A stretch of DNA of 64,000 nt, taken from Eledone cirrhosa (taxonomy: Eukaryota). How positions within the stretch are numbered: the first letter of the stretch is position 1; each line of letters begins with the position of its first letter. The notes beneath the pieces are model-generated. The model saw nothing but the letters and a program-made list of their open reading frames with translations. It was not told where the DNA came from and searched no databases. The DNA lies in the NCBI GenBank assembly GCA_964016885.1, contig OZ024749.1, positions 3,968,001 to 4,032,000 on the forward strand, read 5' to 3'. The position numbers were made by a program, and so were the translations under genes. Positions 39,661 to 54,899 of this stretch are shown here, piece by piece.

Positions 39661-40819
39661 ATGTAAGGGCGTTAGATAACTGTTTAGAAATATATTTAGC
39701 TCTGGTTCTATACTTTCTTAGTTCAAATACACTATAGTCAAATTTACTGTTGATCTTTTTGAGGTCGCAGTGGCCTTGTGCTAAAATTGGAAAGCCATAT
39801 TGTCAAACAAATTACCTTGAGCTATTCATATCTTCTCTTTAGAAACAAACAAAAGGCTGTATAATAAATGTTTGGGATGGACTCAAAAGCAAGAACGGAA
39901 GAATAAATGTACGGGATCGACTAAAAATATAAAAGAGAATACCCCTCCATGCCCTCTCCAATCAAGACATTGTCTTTTATTCCGGGTAGTTGGTATAATT
40001 GAGGGGAAACTTTACACGGCACACGTAAGTAAGAGATAGTTCAACTATAATTTCTAATCTTATTTTTCTATTTCTCTTCTGCACTAACATCATTTTGGCC
40101 GTATTTATTTGATCATAACACAGCAGTCGAGTAAATAAAGACACCTTTATATGAAATACGGATGGATGAATTACCTACGCTTGTTTTGACACATATATAA
40201 CTGTTTGCGGTTAAATTGCAGAATCGTTAGTGTGTCAGATTGAATAGTTCGTTATCTATTCCCACCCACTGCACTCAGATTTCAAATCCCTCTGGAAACA
40301 ACTCTGCATGTCATCATTTCGGGATCGACAAAGGAAATATTAGGAGAAAATCTTCCCCTATTTCTCCTTATCAATGTCTTCGTTTTTCTTTCTCCGAAAG
40401 AAGTCAGGCGTGATCACAAATCCTGAGGGATTTGGCAGCACCTGGTTTAAATGTTAAAATGTGTCACCGCAGTACCCTAATGATTCCATCAGGAATTAAA
40501 AGCTATTCATATTTGTTTTGCATGGTTTTTTTATATGAAATCCTGTGTTGAAACATATTGTGATACTGGGGAAGGGTGATGCTATCCTAATATTGCCAGA
40601 AATATACAGTAAAACACACTCAATGTTTGGTTTCGTTTTCGCTTCAGTATCTTTTTATATCTCTATAAATAATTTAGCTGACAATCAATGTTTATCATTG
40701 ATTAACCAACAGTTAAAAATATAAATATAGATATTGACCTTTCATAATAAACATAAAACCTCATTTGATTCCCTCCAACTACATATTACTACGATTAAAG
40801 ACACTAGCAAGGAGTTTGG

Positions 40820-41980
40820 CCCAGCAGTTGACTGGTACCTCAATATATCGGACCCGCAGCGATAACAGAAAATTAAACTTTGGAAGATGTGAATTCAGAA
40901 CATAAGCTGGAAGGAATTTCAGAGAATACTTTGTATTACATATTAATGGTTCTGCTATAATAATTATTTGTTTCTACTTTAGGCAGAAGACCAGTAATTT
41001 GAAGGAGAGCAGAAAGTCGATTAACTCGACCTAAGTACATTACTGGTGCTTTATTTTATCAACTCTGTAAGGATGAAAACCAAAACTAACCTCGGAACGT
41101 AAATGGCGTGACTCTTTGCTGCAAAGAATGTTGTCCACCGCTCTGTCAATACTGCCAATCCACCACACTACCATAATAATAACTGTTTCTACATTTGGCA
41201 CAAGGCCAGCAATTATTCCAGTGTATTACTGGTACTTTATTGTATCGACCCCGTAAGGATGAAAGGCAAAGTTAACCTCGGTGGGATTTGAACTCAGAAA
41301 GGAAAGGGCCGTAACTCTATGATGCTAAGCGTGGTGTCCGACCCTCTACCAATGCTGCCAATCCACATAATAATAATTGTTTCTACTTTTGACACAAGGC
41401 CAGCAATTATCCCAGTGTATTACTGGTACTTTATTTTATCGACTCCGTAAGGAGGAAAGGCTGAGTTAACCTCGGTGGGATTTGAACTCAGTCCGTAAAG
41501 GGACGTAACTGTGCTGCAAAGCATGGCGCCCGACCCTCTACTGATACTGCCAATCCACTGCCCTTTAATAATAATGATTTCTTATATAGGCACAAGACCA
41601 ACAACTTAGGGAGAGGGGAAACTCGATTAAATATCCCTGTACTTTACTGGTACTTTATATTATCAATCTCATAAGGATGAAAAGCGAAGGTAACCTCACT
41701 GGGATTTGAACTCAGAATGTAAAAGGCCGTAACTCTATTCACCGAAGCATGGTATCCGACGCTATACGGAATAATTATGATTTCTAATTTGGGCCATTAA
41801 TTTTGTGGGCGAAGAAATTGGGTAACATTGACCCCAGTTCTTTGTTGGTACCTGAGATTGTCGACCCTATAAAGATTTGAAGGCGAAATTGATCTCGGCT
41901 TGGTTTGAACTGAGAAGAGAATTAGCCGAGGGAAGCCACGCAAATCATTTTATCTGACACACTAATGACTCTATCATAAT
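40820..41980 (-). mobile_element. Head-to-tail array of 5-6 SINE copies separated by short (TAA)n
   Basis: Units start at about 40968, 41183, 41376, 41575 and 41778, each with ggtactttattttatcgac..ggatgaaaggcaaag..gatttgaactcag; divergence differs between units. Confidence 0.88.
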
Positions 41981-42129
41981 AACAATAATGATAATAGCCT
42001 CATCCTATTTGATGTTATTGTTGTTTTATTGTTACCATTACAGTATTAGTCGTGTCTTTATATAAGAAGTTTAAGAACCTATTAAGAAATAAAGTTCTGA
42101 TTGCTACACAAGGAGTTAATTAAATAAAA

Positions 42130-42180
42130 CACAGTAATAATAATAACAATGATAACAATGGTATTAACAACAACACCATC

Positions 42181-42233
<53 letters not shown>

Positions 42234-42405
42234 TAATAATAACAATAATAATAATAATAACAATAACAACAATAATAACAATAATAATAATAATATTGAT
42301 GATGATGATGATGGCTATGTTGCTGGGTTTGCTGGTTTTACTGGTAATAATAGTAATAAAAGAAACACGGAGAGTAATAAATACTAACAATAATAATAAT
42401 AATAT
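42130..42405 (+). repeat. (AAT/AAC/GAT)n microsatellite
   Basis: Direct reading. Confidence 0.95.
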
Positions 42406-42789
42406 AATTAATAGATCTCTTAATACTAATTATCACGTTATCCATTGCTGATAGACTTGGTGATGTTGTGGTTAGTATTGATATGTTTTTTGTTGTTGTT
42501 AATATTATTACCCTCGGCTTCTTAGTTTGATCTTCTATCAAATACTCATTCAAGCAAATGCTATGACTGTGAGAAGGAAGGACGGCCAACGCCGAATAAA
42601 TAGAAAACCTCCGATCGAGTCTCCAATTAATAATAGGAGAATTACGAAGGAGAAATGTTTTATGTATTCGGGTATGCGGCGAACACATTAGATATTCACC
42701 GAGCTTTCTTGCAGACGTTTAATAGCCGTAAATACTTAATTATCATGTCCTTTGTGCTTTCCACCGGAATATCGTACATACATACATAC

Positions 42790-42871
<82 letters not shown>

Positions 42872-42961
42872 GTATGTATGTAGACACACATACACACGCA
42901 CACACATATATATATATATGTATGTACACACACACACAGATATAGATATATATATATTTAT

Positions 42962-43000
<39 letters not shown>

Positions 43001-43126
43001 TATATATATATTTATATATATGCATATATATATATATAGTTATATATATGCATATATATATATATATATTTATATATATGCATATATATATATTTATATA
43101 TATGCATATATATATATTTATATATA

Positions 43127-43231
<105 letters not shown>

Positions 43232-44598
43232 TAGTACTAGTTCATTCTAACATCTGTAGCCGATTTCGTTACCGCAAGGTGGACGCCTCCACAAATAAAA
43301 TTGGCTTGTTGTTGTTGGTGGTGGTGTTGTGGTAGAGGTGGTGGTGGTGATGGTGGTGGCGGTAGAAGTGGGTGTAAGCGATGGTGGAGGTGGCTGAGAA
43401 GACGGTGCTGGGTATGTTAGTGGTACTAGCGTTTGCTGATTGTGGTATTTGTGGTGGTGGTGGCGGTGATGTCAGTGATGTAGTAGATAATGCTACATCG
43501 TACTAGTTTCTGGGTTAAACGACTTAAAATAATAATAACAAAAGCAATAATAATAATGCTGATAATGATAATGGTATCGGTAAAGATTTTGTCCTAAGCA
43601 ATGTAGCTTTTGTGATATTGCAATTCAAATAGAATTCTTCTATTATGTCTAGACAACGTTTGCCGTGTTCATTTATCATTGGTGTGTGAAATATATTCTG
43701 TGGATTGACTGATACCTATTAAGAAGGGACACATCGGAATACCGATGAAGAAGAAGAAGAAGAAGAAGAAGAAGAAGAAGAAGAAGAAGAAGAAGAAGGG
43801 GAGCAATATTCAAATAAGTATTGAATTGATGTGAGGCGATCTGAACAGCATTAACGTAAGTTATACACGGTAAGACAATGTTAACATTTAACGAGTATGA
43901 AATTGTCTTCATCAGTTAATCGGTAATTGTCATATATTACACTACGTCTATGTCATGAAAGACTACGAAGATGTTACGTTTAAAATATATCGTAAGAGAG
44001 GTTTTGTTTCTTTTCTTTATATTTAACTAACGTTTGCTTCCTACTAGCTATATTCCTTTTAATCAGTGCCACAGCTTACAGGAGCCACATCTCACGTATG
44101 GTTCATTATTTTGAATGCAATACACTTTTATGTCAGAATATGTTGGCAAATTAATTTCCTTCTATATATGAAGTGATGAACCTACTTTCGAAATCAACCG
44201 AAGCCCTTTAGCAAGATAGTGGAAGCTTGTGTTGTAGAGGTTAGTTTCGTAATCGCAAGGTTATGGGTTCTATATACGGAATATGGTATGTGCTGTGAAC
44301 TTAGGCAAAGCACTCACATCATTTCAATTACTCCAGTCCACAATGCTAGAAAATGTGTAATACCAGCAGTGGATCGATGTCTAATTCCGGCCGTTTGTCG
44401 TTCGTAATGAATATTTAACTCTGCTCCTGCACTATCCACAGGATACAACATTAGCGAAGTATGATCTACATGAGGTCGAGTGCTTTATAAATAACATCAG
44501 GTTTACTAACCAGAATCACCAGTTTCCCCATTTGTAATATATATATATATGAAAAATAGAGCGAGAAACGGGACTATCCATCATCATATATATATATG

Positions 44599-44631
<33 letters not shown>

Positions 44632-44689
44632 GTATATATATATGTATATATACATATATATATACATATGTATATACATATATATATTG

Positions 44690-44983
44690 CTGACCTGTGG
44701 GTTTATGTCGAACACCTGCTGTCGAGTGAAGGACGGATTATGCTATCTGCAGAGTCCATCGTGAGGATTTCCCCGCCCTCTTTCTTTAGCCGGGAAGGGC
44801 AGGCAGTTTTTATCTGTCTGGTGGCCATGGTGAAATATATAGTATGGTGGACGCGTCTGAAAAGGCTGAAGACGAGCACTTTCCTCTTCGGTGATGCCCT
44901 GATTAATTTTTTAAAATTTCATTTGAAAAGGAAAATCGGGGTAGAGAGAGAAGTGCTCTCTTCCCAGCATATTGTTGAAAGAT
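44690..44983 (+). mobile_element. Tx1/L1-clade ORF2 C-terminal fragment
   Basis: LSAESIVRISPPSFFSREGQAVFICLVAMVKYIVWWT..FLKFHLKRKIGVEREVL, homologous to ORF 3684-4205. Confidence 0.8.
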
Positions 44984-44998
44984 GCATATTGTTGAAGG

Positions 44999-46115
44999 AT
45001 TGTTTACTTTGCACAGGTGCCAGTGGATCACCCTGCCCATCACATCGTGTCTCCAGCCCTTATAGTGGGTCTGGGCTAGGTGTTTACACTCGGACACAAT
45101 GTGAGCCACAGTCTCCTCTCTCTCTCCACAGATCCTGCACAGTGGGCTGGCCTCCTCCTTGTAGATATGGTGCTTCAACCACTTCGTTTTGAGGGCCTGC
45201 TCCTGCGCAGCCATTAGCATTCCTTCTGTAGCCTTTTTGAGGTCTCCTCTTCTCAACCAGTTCCATGTCTGTGGATCTCTAAATTCAGTTTTCTCAAAGA
45301 AGGTACTATGAAGGGGTTTTCCCTTAAGGCTGCTCTTCCTCCTTGATGTTATTTCCTCCCTGGACATCCCCTGGCCTACTGTCCCCTCCTTCAGTACAGC
45401 TCTGAGCATTGGCTCCTTACTATAGGTCACGTATTTGTATAGGTTGTTTTTCTCCATCTGAACACAGTCCTCTATGCTGATAAGACCTCTTCCACCCTCA
45501 GATCTCCTTAGGTAGAGTCTATCGACATCACTCCTCTTGTGGAACATGTTGTAGATAGTCAATAGCTTCCTAGTCTTCCTATCCATTTCTTTCTGTTCAG
45601 CAACATTCCATCTCAGAATTCCCGCACTGTACCTAATAATAGACACAGCTCGGGAATTTACTGCGCTTATGGCATTTCTGCTGTTCAGATGTGACTTCAA
45701 TACGCTCCTTACTCTCCGAATGTATTCAGTTCTTAACAATTCCTTCATTTTTTTGTTCTTTATGCCATCAGCCTCCAGAACGCCCAAATACTTGTATCCT
45801 TCCTCAGAGTCAATTTCCTTTATCATCTCACCTGTTGGTATCTGGATCCCGTTACTTCTGCTCAACCTACCCCTCTTCATCACAATGACTCCACATTTAC
45901 CAATACCAAACTGCATACATATATCACTGCTGAAAATACGGACAGTGTCAACAAGCACATCCAACTCCTTCTCACTTTTCCCGAAGAGCTTAAGATCGTC
46001 CATGAAGAGGAGGTGATTGATGGTAAGCTCTCCCCTTCCCAACTTGTATCCTGCTCTCACTTTTCGCAGCATAATGGTCAAGGGCATCAGGGCAAGGACA
46101 AACAACAGAGGGGAC
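44999..46115 (-). mobile_element. Young R4/Dong family A copy, truncated at both ends
   Basis: Open frame SPLLFVLALMPL...HLCKVNN nearly identical to 7844-8960; 5' end abuts (TAA)n on the minus strand (46117-46168). Confidence 0.95.
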
Positions 46116-46131
46116 ATTATTATTATTATTA

Positions 46132-46171
<40 letters not shown>

Positions 46172-46172
46172 G

Positions 46173-46395
46173 ACGGTGGAGTGGCAGTATCGGTAGAGGG
46201 TCAGCGCCATGCTTTGCTGCATAGAGTTACGCTCCTTTATGATCTGAGTTCAAATCCCGCCGAGGTTAACTTTGCCTTTCATCCTTACGGGGTCGATAAC
46301 ATAAAGTACCAGTCACACACTGGGGTCGATTTTATCGATTTACCCCTTCACCCAAAATTGCTGGCCTTGTGCCTATATAAGAAACCATTATTATT
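46173..46395 (+). mobile_element. Full-length tRNA-derived SINE
   Basis: tggcagtatcggtag A box, gagttcaaatccc B box, central domain, ..gtgcctatataagaaaccattattatt tail. Confidence 0.9.
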
Positions 46396-46410
46396 AGCAG
46401 CAGCAGCAAC

Positions 46411-46465
<55 letters not shown>

Positions 46466-46781
46466 TAATAGTAGTAGTAGTAACATTTATTACAATTTAG
46501 CAGAGATTTATCCGTGTATCACTTGTCGAGATTCTTATTATTATTGTTTCAAAATGGCCGAATATCTTTCATGTACTTCTTAAAAAACATTAATCTTTTT
46601 GAGGCTGTACACTGGAGCAATTACGCAAGGCGATAGCATCTATAATATTATACATTTACCTCTAACAGATAAAGGTCAAATGCTGGAAAATTATAACAGA
46701 TATAAAAAACATATACAAGCACACACATATATGTATATGTATATATAGATATGAATACATATATACACATACACGCGCATT

Positions 46782-46866
<85 letters not shown>

Positions 46867-47092
46867 ATGTGTGTGTGTGTGTGTGTATGTGTGTGTGTGT
46901 GTGTGCGTGTGTGTGCATACGTGTGTGTTTGTGTGTGTGTGTGCGCGCGTGTTTGTGAGTGGGTATGTGTGTATTTGTGTGTGTGTGGTTGTTTAAATAT
47001 ATATTAACTGTCTCCCTCTAAATATATATGTGTATGCATATATATAAATCTATATATATTTATATCTAAATGTATATATGCATATATGTAGC

Positions 47093-47124
<32 letters not shown>

Positions 47125-47186
47125 CACACACACATATATATGTATATATGTATATATGTATATATTTATATGTGTAAATATATATA

Positions 47187-47241
<55 letters not shown>

Positions 47242-47459
47242 CACATATGTATATATGCATACATATATATGTGCATACATGCATGTATATATATATATAT
47301 ATCTTGTTTCTCTTTTTTTTTCAGTGTTACATCCACTTTGCATCTTATGCCCGCAGCAATATCCCTTATCTTGGAGACATTTTACGTGTAATCGTCAGTA
47401 ATGGTTGAACACACGGTCACACATATTTACACCTACACATATATGCAGTGTATGTGTGT

Positions 47460-48097
<638 letters not shown>

Positions 48098-48100
48098 GGA

Positions 48101-48189
<89 letters not shown>

Positions 48190-48193
48190 TATT

Positions 48194-48225
<32 letters not shown>

Positions 48226-48244
48226 TATATATGTATACATATAA

Positions 48245-48512
48245 ATAAAGGACGATATTTTAAGCGTTCATTACGTTTATTGATTGGAGACTCGCGTTTC
48301 TCTATTGATCAGCGCTAGATTCGATCTGTATCGATCTGGCCCAGCTATGGAATCAAAAGCTCGTCTGACCTCTGCTGTTTTAATCACAGAATGATCATAT
48401 ATTAGTTCTAGAGTCGGGAATTGATAGATATCGAACCTTGAGCTATTCAATAGTGAAACGTGCGTCACCTAACAGTAAACGTAATGGAGGCTTAAAACAT
48501 CATCCTTGTATT
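48245..48512. mobile_element. Inverted-repeat element of the 16460/60195 hammerhead family
   Basis: cattacgtttattg..gactcgcgtttc / gaaacgtgcgtcacc..taaacgtaatg. Confidence 0.7.
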
Positions 48513-48634
48513 ATTGTAATTACACTTGGTTCAGCTCTGCACATTGCTACACAGGTGTAGAGCTAAAGATTGAGTGCTCACCTGGGTCAACCTACAATAA
48601 CTTCATGTATTACACTACCTGGATATATATAGAG

Positions 48635-48910
48635 AGTAGTCACGGAGCGTCGGTGCCGTCTGGTTGGCCATATTCTGCGTCTGCCAAATGAACGGCATTC
48701 GAAAACAGCGATGAACTGGACTCCGCCTGGCAGTAAACGGAGGCGAGGTTGCCCAAGGATCACCTGGCAACAAACGTTCCGGAAGGACCTAATGGCAGAC
48801 AACGTCACCTGGGACGGTCTCGAAAAAGGTGCCGCTGATCTTGACCATTGGCGAGTACTTACTGCTCGATGCGCCGAACGCCGCGGAAGAATCTTAAACT
48901 AAGACTAAGA
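48635..48910 (+). mobile_element. RTE-clade LINE 3' end
   Basis: GHILRLPNERHSKTAMNWTPPGSKRRRGCPRITWQQTF..W..AADLDHWR; (CTAAGA)-type tail. Confidence 0.85.
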
Positions 48911-48928
48911 TATGAACATATTCCGGAA

Positions 48929-49100
48929 ACCGACGGCTAAGCACCGGCCGTTTCGATAGCTACATACGAACAGTTCGTATCTAGCTGTCGAAACGGCCGG
49001 AGATCAGCCGTCGGTGTCGTCACTCTTTTCCTACTACCCCAATATCGAGTACTCTGGTGCGTTATGGTCCACTTGGCATCTGACCACACCCACTTTGTTA
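48929..49100 (+). mobile_element. Diverged relative of 21893-22100 with its own fold-back centred on stem II
   Basis: accgacggct..ccggccgtttcgatagcta.atacgaac / gttcgtat.tagctgtcgaaacggccgg..agccgtcggt. Confidence 0.75.
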
Positions 49101-49332
49101 AATATATATATGTGTGTGTGGGGGTGCGTGTGTGTGTGTGTGTGTGTATTTGTATTTCTTAATGGCAATGACCTTTCAAAGATCAGTGGGGGAGATACCA
49201 TATTAAACTAAAATACCCATTACATTAGATAAGGAACTTACCTAATGTATTTCATGTAGAAACAATTCCTATGGGGACCAGCTCCCTTCGAAATATATAG
49301 AAACTTCACACACAGACACACAATGGCATATA

Positions 49333-49369
<37 letters not shown>

Positions 49370-49424
49370 CAAGACTGGAATTGGACCATCAGCACAGGTG
49401 ATGTATGCCATACATCAATCTATG

Positions 49425-49490
49425 TATTTTATCTGATGAGGACGTACTGAAAAGACAGCAGAGTACCTCCGAAATATGTATAATAAAATA
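49425..49490 (+). ncRNA. Type I minimal hammerhead ribozyme candidate
   Basis: Stem I TATTTTAT/ATAAAATA; CTGATGA 49433-49439; stem II GGA(C)GTACT/AGTAC(C)TCC; GAAA 49471-49474; TATGTA; AUA site at 49482. Confidence 0.75.
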
Positions 49491-49898
49491 TATTTTGATT
49501 AAGTGAATGTCTAGATTTATTAATATATTGAATTAATATATACATATATAGATATGAACATGCGTGTGTGTGCATGTGTGTGAGTGTATGTGTACGTACT
49601 AGTATTTTACTATCTGACCATCAGTTATTACATATGTATATGACGGTCCTTATTCAACACACGCACATACATTCCATATATGCATGCATACACATAAACA
49701 TATATAGATACATACATTTCATACATACTTCCACCGATCCATACATACGTACATACATACATACATCTATTCATAAATACATACATTCATTCATACATAC
49801 ACACATACACACATGCATACATTCAAACATACACGGAGACATACATATACATATATATATACACATACGTACATACATCTACACATATATACATATAT

Positions 49899-50500
49899 GG
49901 TGGCTGCTAACTCGTTTTCGAGTACGGCCATTACATTATATCCATGTAGGAGAACACCTACCGAAGCGCTGAACGAGTGTGATTTTTAGTCCAGCCAGCC
50001 ACTTGAAAACTCTGGTACAAACACTACACCTGTGACAATTATTGACACATAGTGCTGGGCCCATGGTATAATGTGACGACAAGTGCAGAGAGATCTCCAG
50101 ATATAAAGCAATGCCTGTGCCGTGAAGCTTTTATAGTGAGCAAAGCCACTGCTCAAATCCAGTCCCACTCTCTTAACCAAGATGATATTTACCAAAAAGA
50201 AGTACAAGTCAACATCATTGGATACCTTCAGGGTTGCAGGTGTTATATCAGAGTTTTCCTTATCCTAGAATTCTGCCTTGACAAAGGCTAAGGGATCATC
50301 TCTCCCGGTGATTTTGGATGGCCATTGACTCTTAAGAGATCTTTTGCCCTTTGATAGGTTGTGTTTTTAATCCTGCAGGATGTCCAAAGTCACACTCCTC
50401 AACAAGAAACATTGGTGGGGTTGCCAGTTTAGTCACCAACAACCCAACCTTGAGACAGGTTGTACTGGGATACATGTTACCAGTAGCACCAACTGGTGAC
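49899..50500 (-). mobile_element. Non-autonomous, about 600-bp element with an RTE-type 5' UTR; extra 3' fragment at 50839-50985
   Basis: Contains ggcag..ttctagga.aaggaaaactctgat, resembling the conserved RTE 5'-UTR motif; 5' end GTCACCAG can pair with TTGGTGAC; no ORF; ends in (TA)-rich sequence. Confidence 0.65.
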
Positions 50501-50603
50501 ATAACATACACACATACATGCATATATATATATATATATATACACATATATATATACACACATATATATATATATATATACATTTATATGCACATGTATA
50601 TAC

Positions 50604-50650
<47 letters not shown>

Positions 50651-51062
50651 TATATACATACACACACATATATATATATATATATACACATATATATTTA
50701 CAAATCTACACATACACACATACATAGATATATAGATATTTAGATATATACACATACAAACATATATACATATATACATTTACATATATACACATCCATA
50801 TATACATTCATACATACATACAGACACACATAGATATATGGTGGCTGCCAACTCGTTTTCGATTACGGCCACTACTATTTTATATCCATGTATGGGAACC
50901 CCTACCGATGCGCTGAACAAGTGTGAATTTTTAGTCCAGCCAGCGACTTGAAAACTCTGGTACAAACACTAAACTTGTGACAAAACATACATATATACAC
51001 ACATGGATACATATATACACACATGGATATATACATACATTCAAACATATATGATCATATAA

Positions 51063-51445
51063 CTGTTTCTACTTTAGGCACAAGGCCAGCAATTATCCAG
51101 TGCATTACAGGTACTTTATTTTATCGACCCCGTAAGGATGAAAAGCAAAGTCAACCTCGGCGGGATTTGAACTCAGATCGTAATAGGACGTAACTATGCT
51201 GGAAATCATGGCGTCCGACCCTCTATCGATACGGCCAATCCACCGCCTTAAGAGAGAGAAATAATTGTTTCTACTTCAGGCACAAGGTCAGCAATTACCC
51301 AATGCATTACTGGTACTTTATTTTATCGACCCCGTAAGGATGAAAGGCAAAGTCAACCTCGGCGGGATTTGAACTCAGATCGTAAAGGGACGTAACTATG
51401 CTGGAAACATGGCGTCCGACCCTCTACCGATACTGCCCATCCACA
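51063..51445 (-). mobile_element. Two tandem young SINE copies
   Basis: Near-identical to 22243-22418 and 59518-59693. Confidence 0.9.
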
Positions 51446-51795
51446 ACCCTATATGATCATATAACAGCCTAGTGCATGTATAGTCATTACCGTCAAATTG
51501 TGTAAGTATATTTTACTTCTTCTTCCATCCTAATTACAATATCTGAGCTTTTGTTCTTTATCTTATTATAGTTTCTATTTTACTACAGTAACATGAAATA
51601 CAACATTAACAATGGCAATTTAACTTGCCAACATATCACATCTATTGTGTGAGATAAGAATTATTTCACGAGCTGTCTTAAATATACCATTGTTTCAGAC
51701 TTTATATTTGCATTTTACAATGATACTATCAATATATGGGTATGTGTATGAATGTATGTATGTATGTATGTATATATGTATGCATATAAATATGC

Positions 51796-51832
<37 letters not shown>

Positions 51833-51863
51833 TGTGTGTATATATATATATATATATATACAT

Positions 51864-51938
<75 letters not shown>

Positions 51939-52719
51939 CATTTATATACATATATATATATATATATTTACATATACGTTATATATATATATGTATATAT
52001 CCATATATCTCTCTATATATATGTGTGTGTGTGTGTGTGTGCGTGTGTATATATATATATATATATGTCTGTGTGTGTGTCTTTGTGTCTCTGTGTGTTT
52101 GTGTGTGTGTCTGTAGGATCATTTATTGTCAATTATTGTCTTTTAAACGCAAATATCCTTGGCATTGTGTTATCTAGGTGACTATTTCCTCTTTTCTTAT
52201 ATTCTATTTGTTTTCTTATTTCTGCCGTCCTTTTGTGTGGAAGTCATCGACCATAAAGAAATTTAATCAACAATATAATACATAAATAAATCATATTAGT
52301 GTACTATATATATATACTGTTATATCTTACGATATTCAATAGATTGTATGAAGTTAAAACATTAAGGCGGTGTTATAGTTTATGGTTGACGTGACTTCAT
52401 TCTGCTTTGATTCAGTATAGGATAAGCAAAAAATCATCTCAGCATTAAGCGGTTGTTGGATCTCCGTCGTTGTAGATAACGACTTCAGTTGTTCAAATAC
52501 TCTAATGCTCTTCTCATGAAATCAACTATTGGGGGTCTGACTAATAATTCTACAGACACGTGAGCCCTTACATTATTCCTGAGGGAGATTAAATGAGACA
52601 CAGCGTGTGGAATTCCAGATATAGTATGTCCTTTCCAGCTAAGTTGACTGAATCAATGTGAAATAGCGTGACTTACTCGAGAACTCTGAAGCATCAAGTT
52701 ACTTCAGAATATTAAAATA

Positions 52720-52820
52720 CAGGGTGTCCCAAAAAATTGTATACATACTTCAATAGCATTCGAATAAATATTGCCTCTACAGGTAGTCAAAATGTGTATA
52801 CATTTCTGCGGGACACCAGG
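52720..52820. mobile_element. Tc1/mariner-type MITE
   Basis: TA|CAGGGTGTCCCaaaaaattgtatacat ... tgtatacatttctgcGGGACACCAGG|TA: imperfect TIRs with TA flanks. Confidence 0.75.
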
Positions 52821-53187
52821 TATAATAGGAAATAAATACAAATCATTTCCATTAATATTTCAGTCTTTTCTAAACTCTTCGAAAGCAACCAAATACATCT
52901 TGAAGTAGAAAAAGAAAAAGAATCGAAGAATTGTAATAATTCTTCTTTTCCTAATCCAGTTTCGAGATTAACTCTTCCCTAAATATTTCTGTTTGGTCTT
53001 CTCTCTTATTTCAGAAACGTTCAATATGTTTCGAGATATTACTAACAAAATCTGGCTATCAACATCAGGGGAGAAGGCGTTGGAAACACCGTGTACCATG
53101 CGGTCACTACTGACATTATGGTGCATAGATCAGCGGAGACATATTTGATATTAACACCTGTGTATCTAGCAAGGGATGACAGCTAGT

Positions 53188-54256
<1,069 letters not shown>

Positions 54257-54899
54257 AGAGAAAACGTGGGAGGTCGAGTGAATGGGAGAAAGCTAATGAA
54301 TGTGAGGGAAACTGAACTGTTACCTTCATTAATGTTCTTGAAAGAAATATACTACAGCACTTTCCTTCTGAATTACTCTGTTAATAGTCAGATTTCCTCA
54401 ACAATGTAAAACCCCAGGGAGTGTGGGAACTGAGATCGTACCCTGCTTTATTCCTGAATTACTAAGTTTATAACAATGAAACATGGCACACGTATAGATC
54501 AGTGATAGATAAACATTTCTGCATTACAAAATGTTGCAGGCGTCACTTGTTGCACCAAGATCTGTTACAATTTAGTAGATTCATAGTGTTCAAATTGTTT
54601 CCTCTAAGGATTTAATAATAACACTTTGCAATAGTATGTTTACTGCATATAGATACAGTTATGGACTTTATCTTTGTAGTGTTTGCTACTAAATAAAACA
54701 ACAATAATGCAATGTTAAAATGTTTGCAAAATGGATTAAAACTGTTTCCGTGTTAATCACTCGGTTGCCTAGGAATTGACGGGGTTTCTATTGTCATTTT
54801 CCTACAGTTCCTACTTCATCTCATGTGATATAAATGATATAAACTCCAAAATATATTGAAATTATCACTCTTACTTCCCCTCGTGTTTTCTTTTGCATG

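Noticed and set aside
40820-41980. CRISPR-like array or tRNA gene cluster
   Set aside because: Units are about 190-bp SINEs with no unique spacers, no cas genes and no complete cloverleaf.
43870-43922. Minus-strand CTGATGA followed by an AGACAAT/ATTGTCT stem
   Set aside because: GAAA is missing after the stem; at best a dead remnant.
44903-46222. 439-aa ORF as a domesticated RT gene with a hydrophobic N-terminus
   Set aside because: The N-terminus is antisense SINE plus (ATA)n, and the C-terminus is antisense Tx1; a chance read-through of a young truncated copy.
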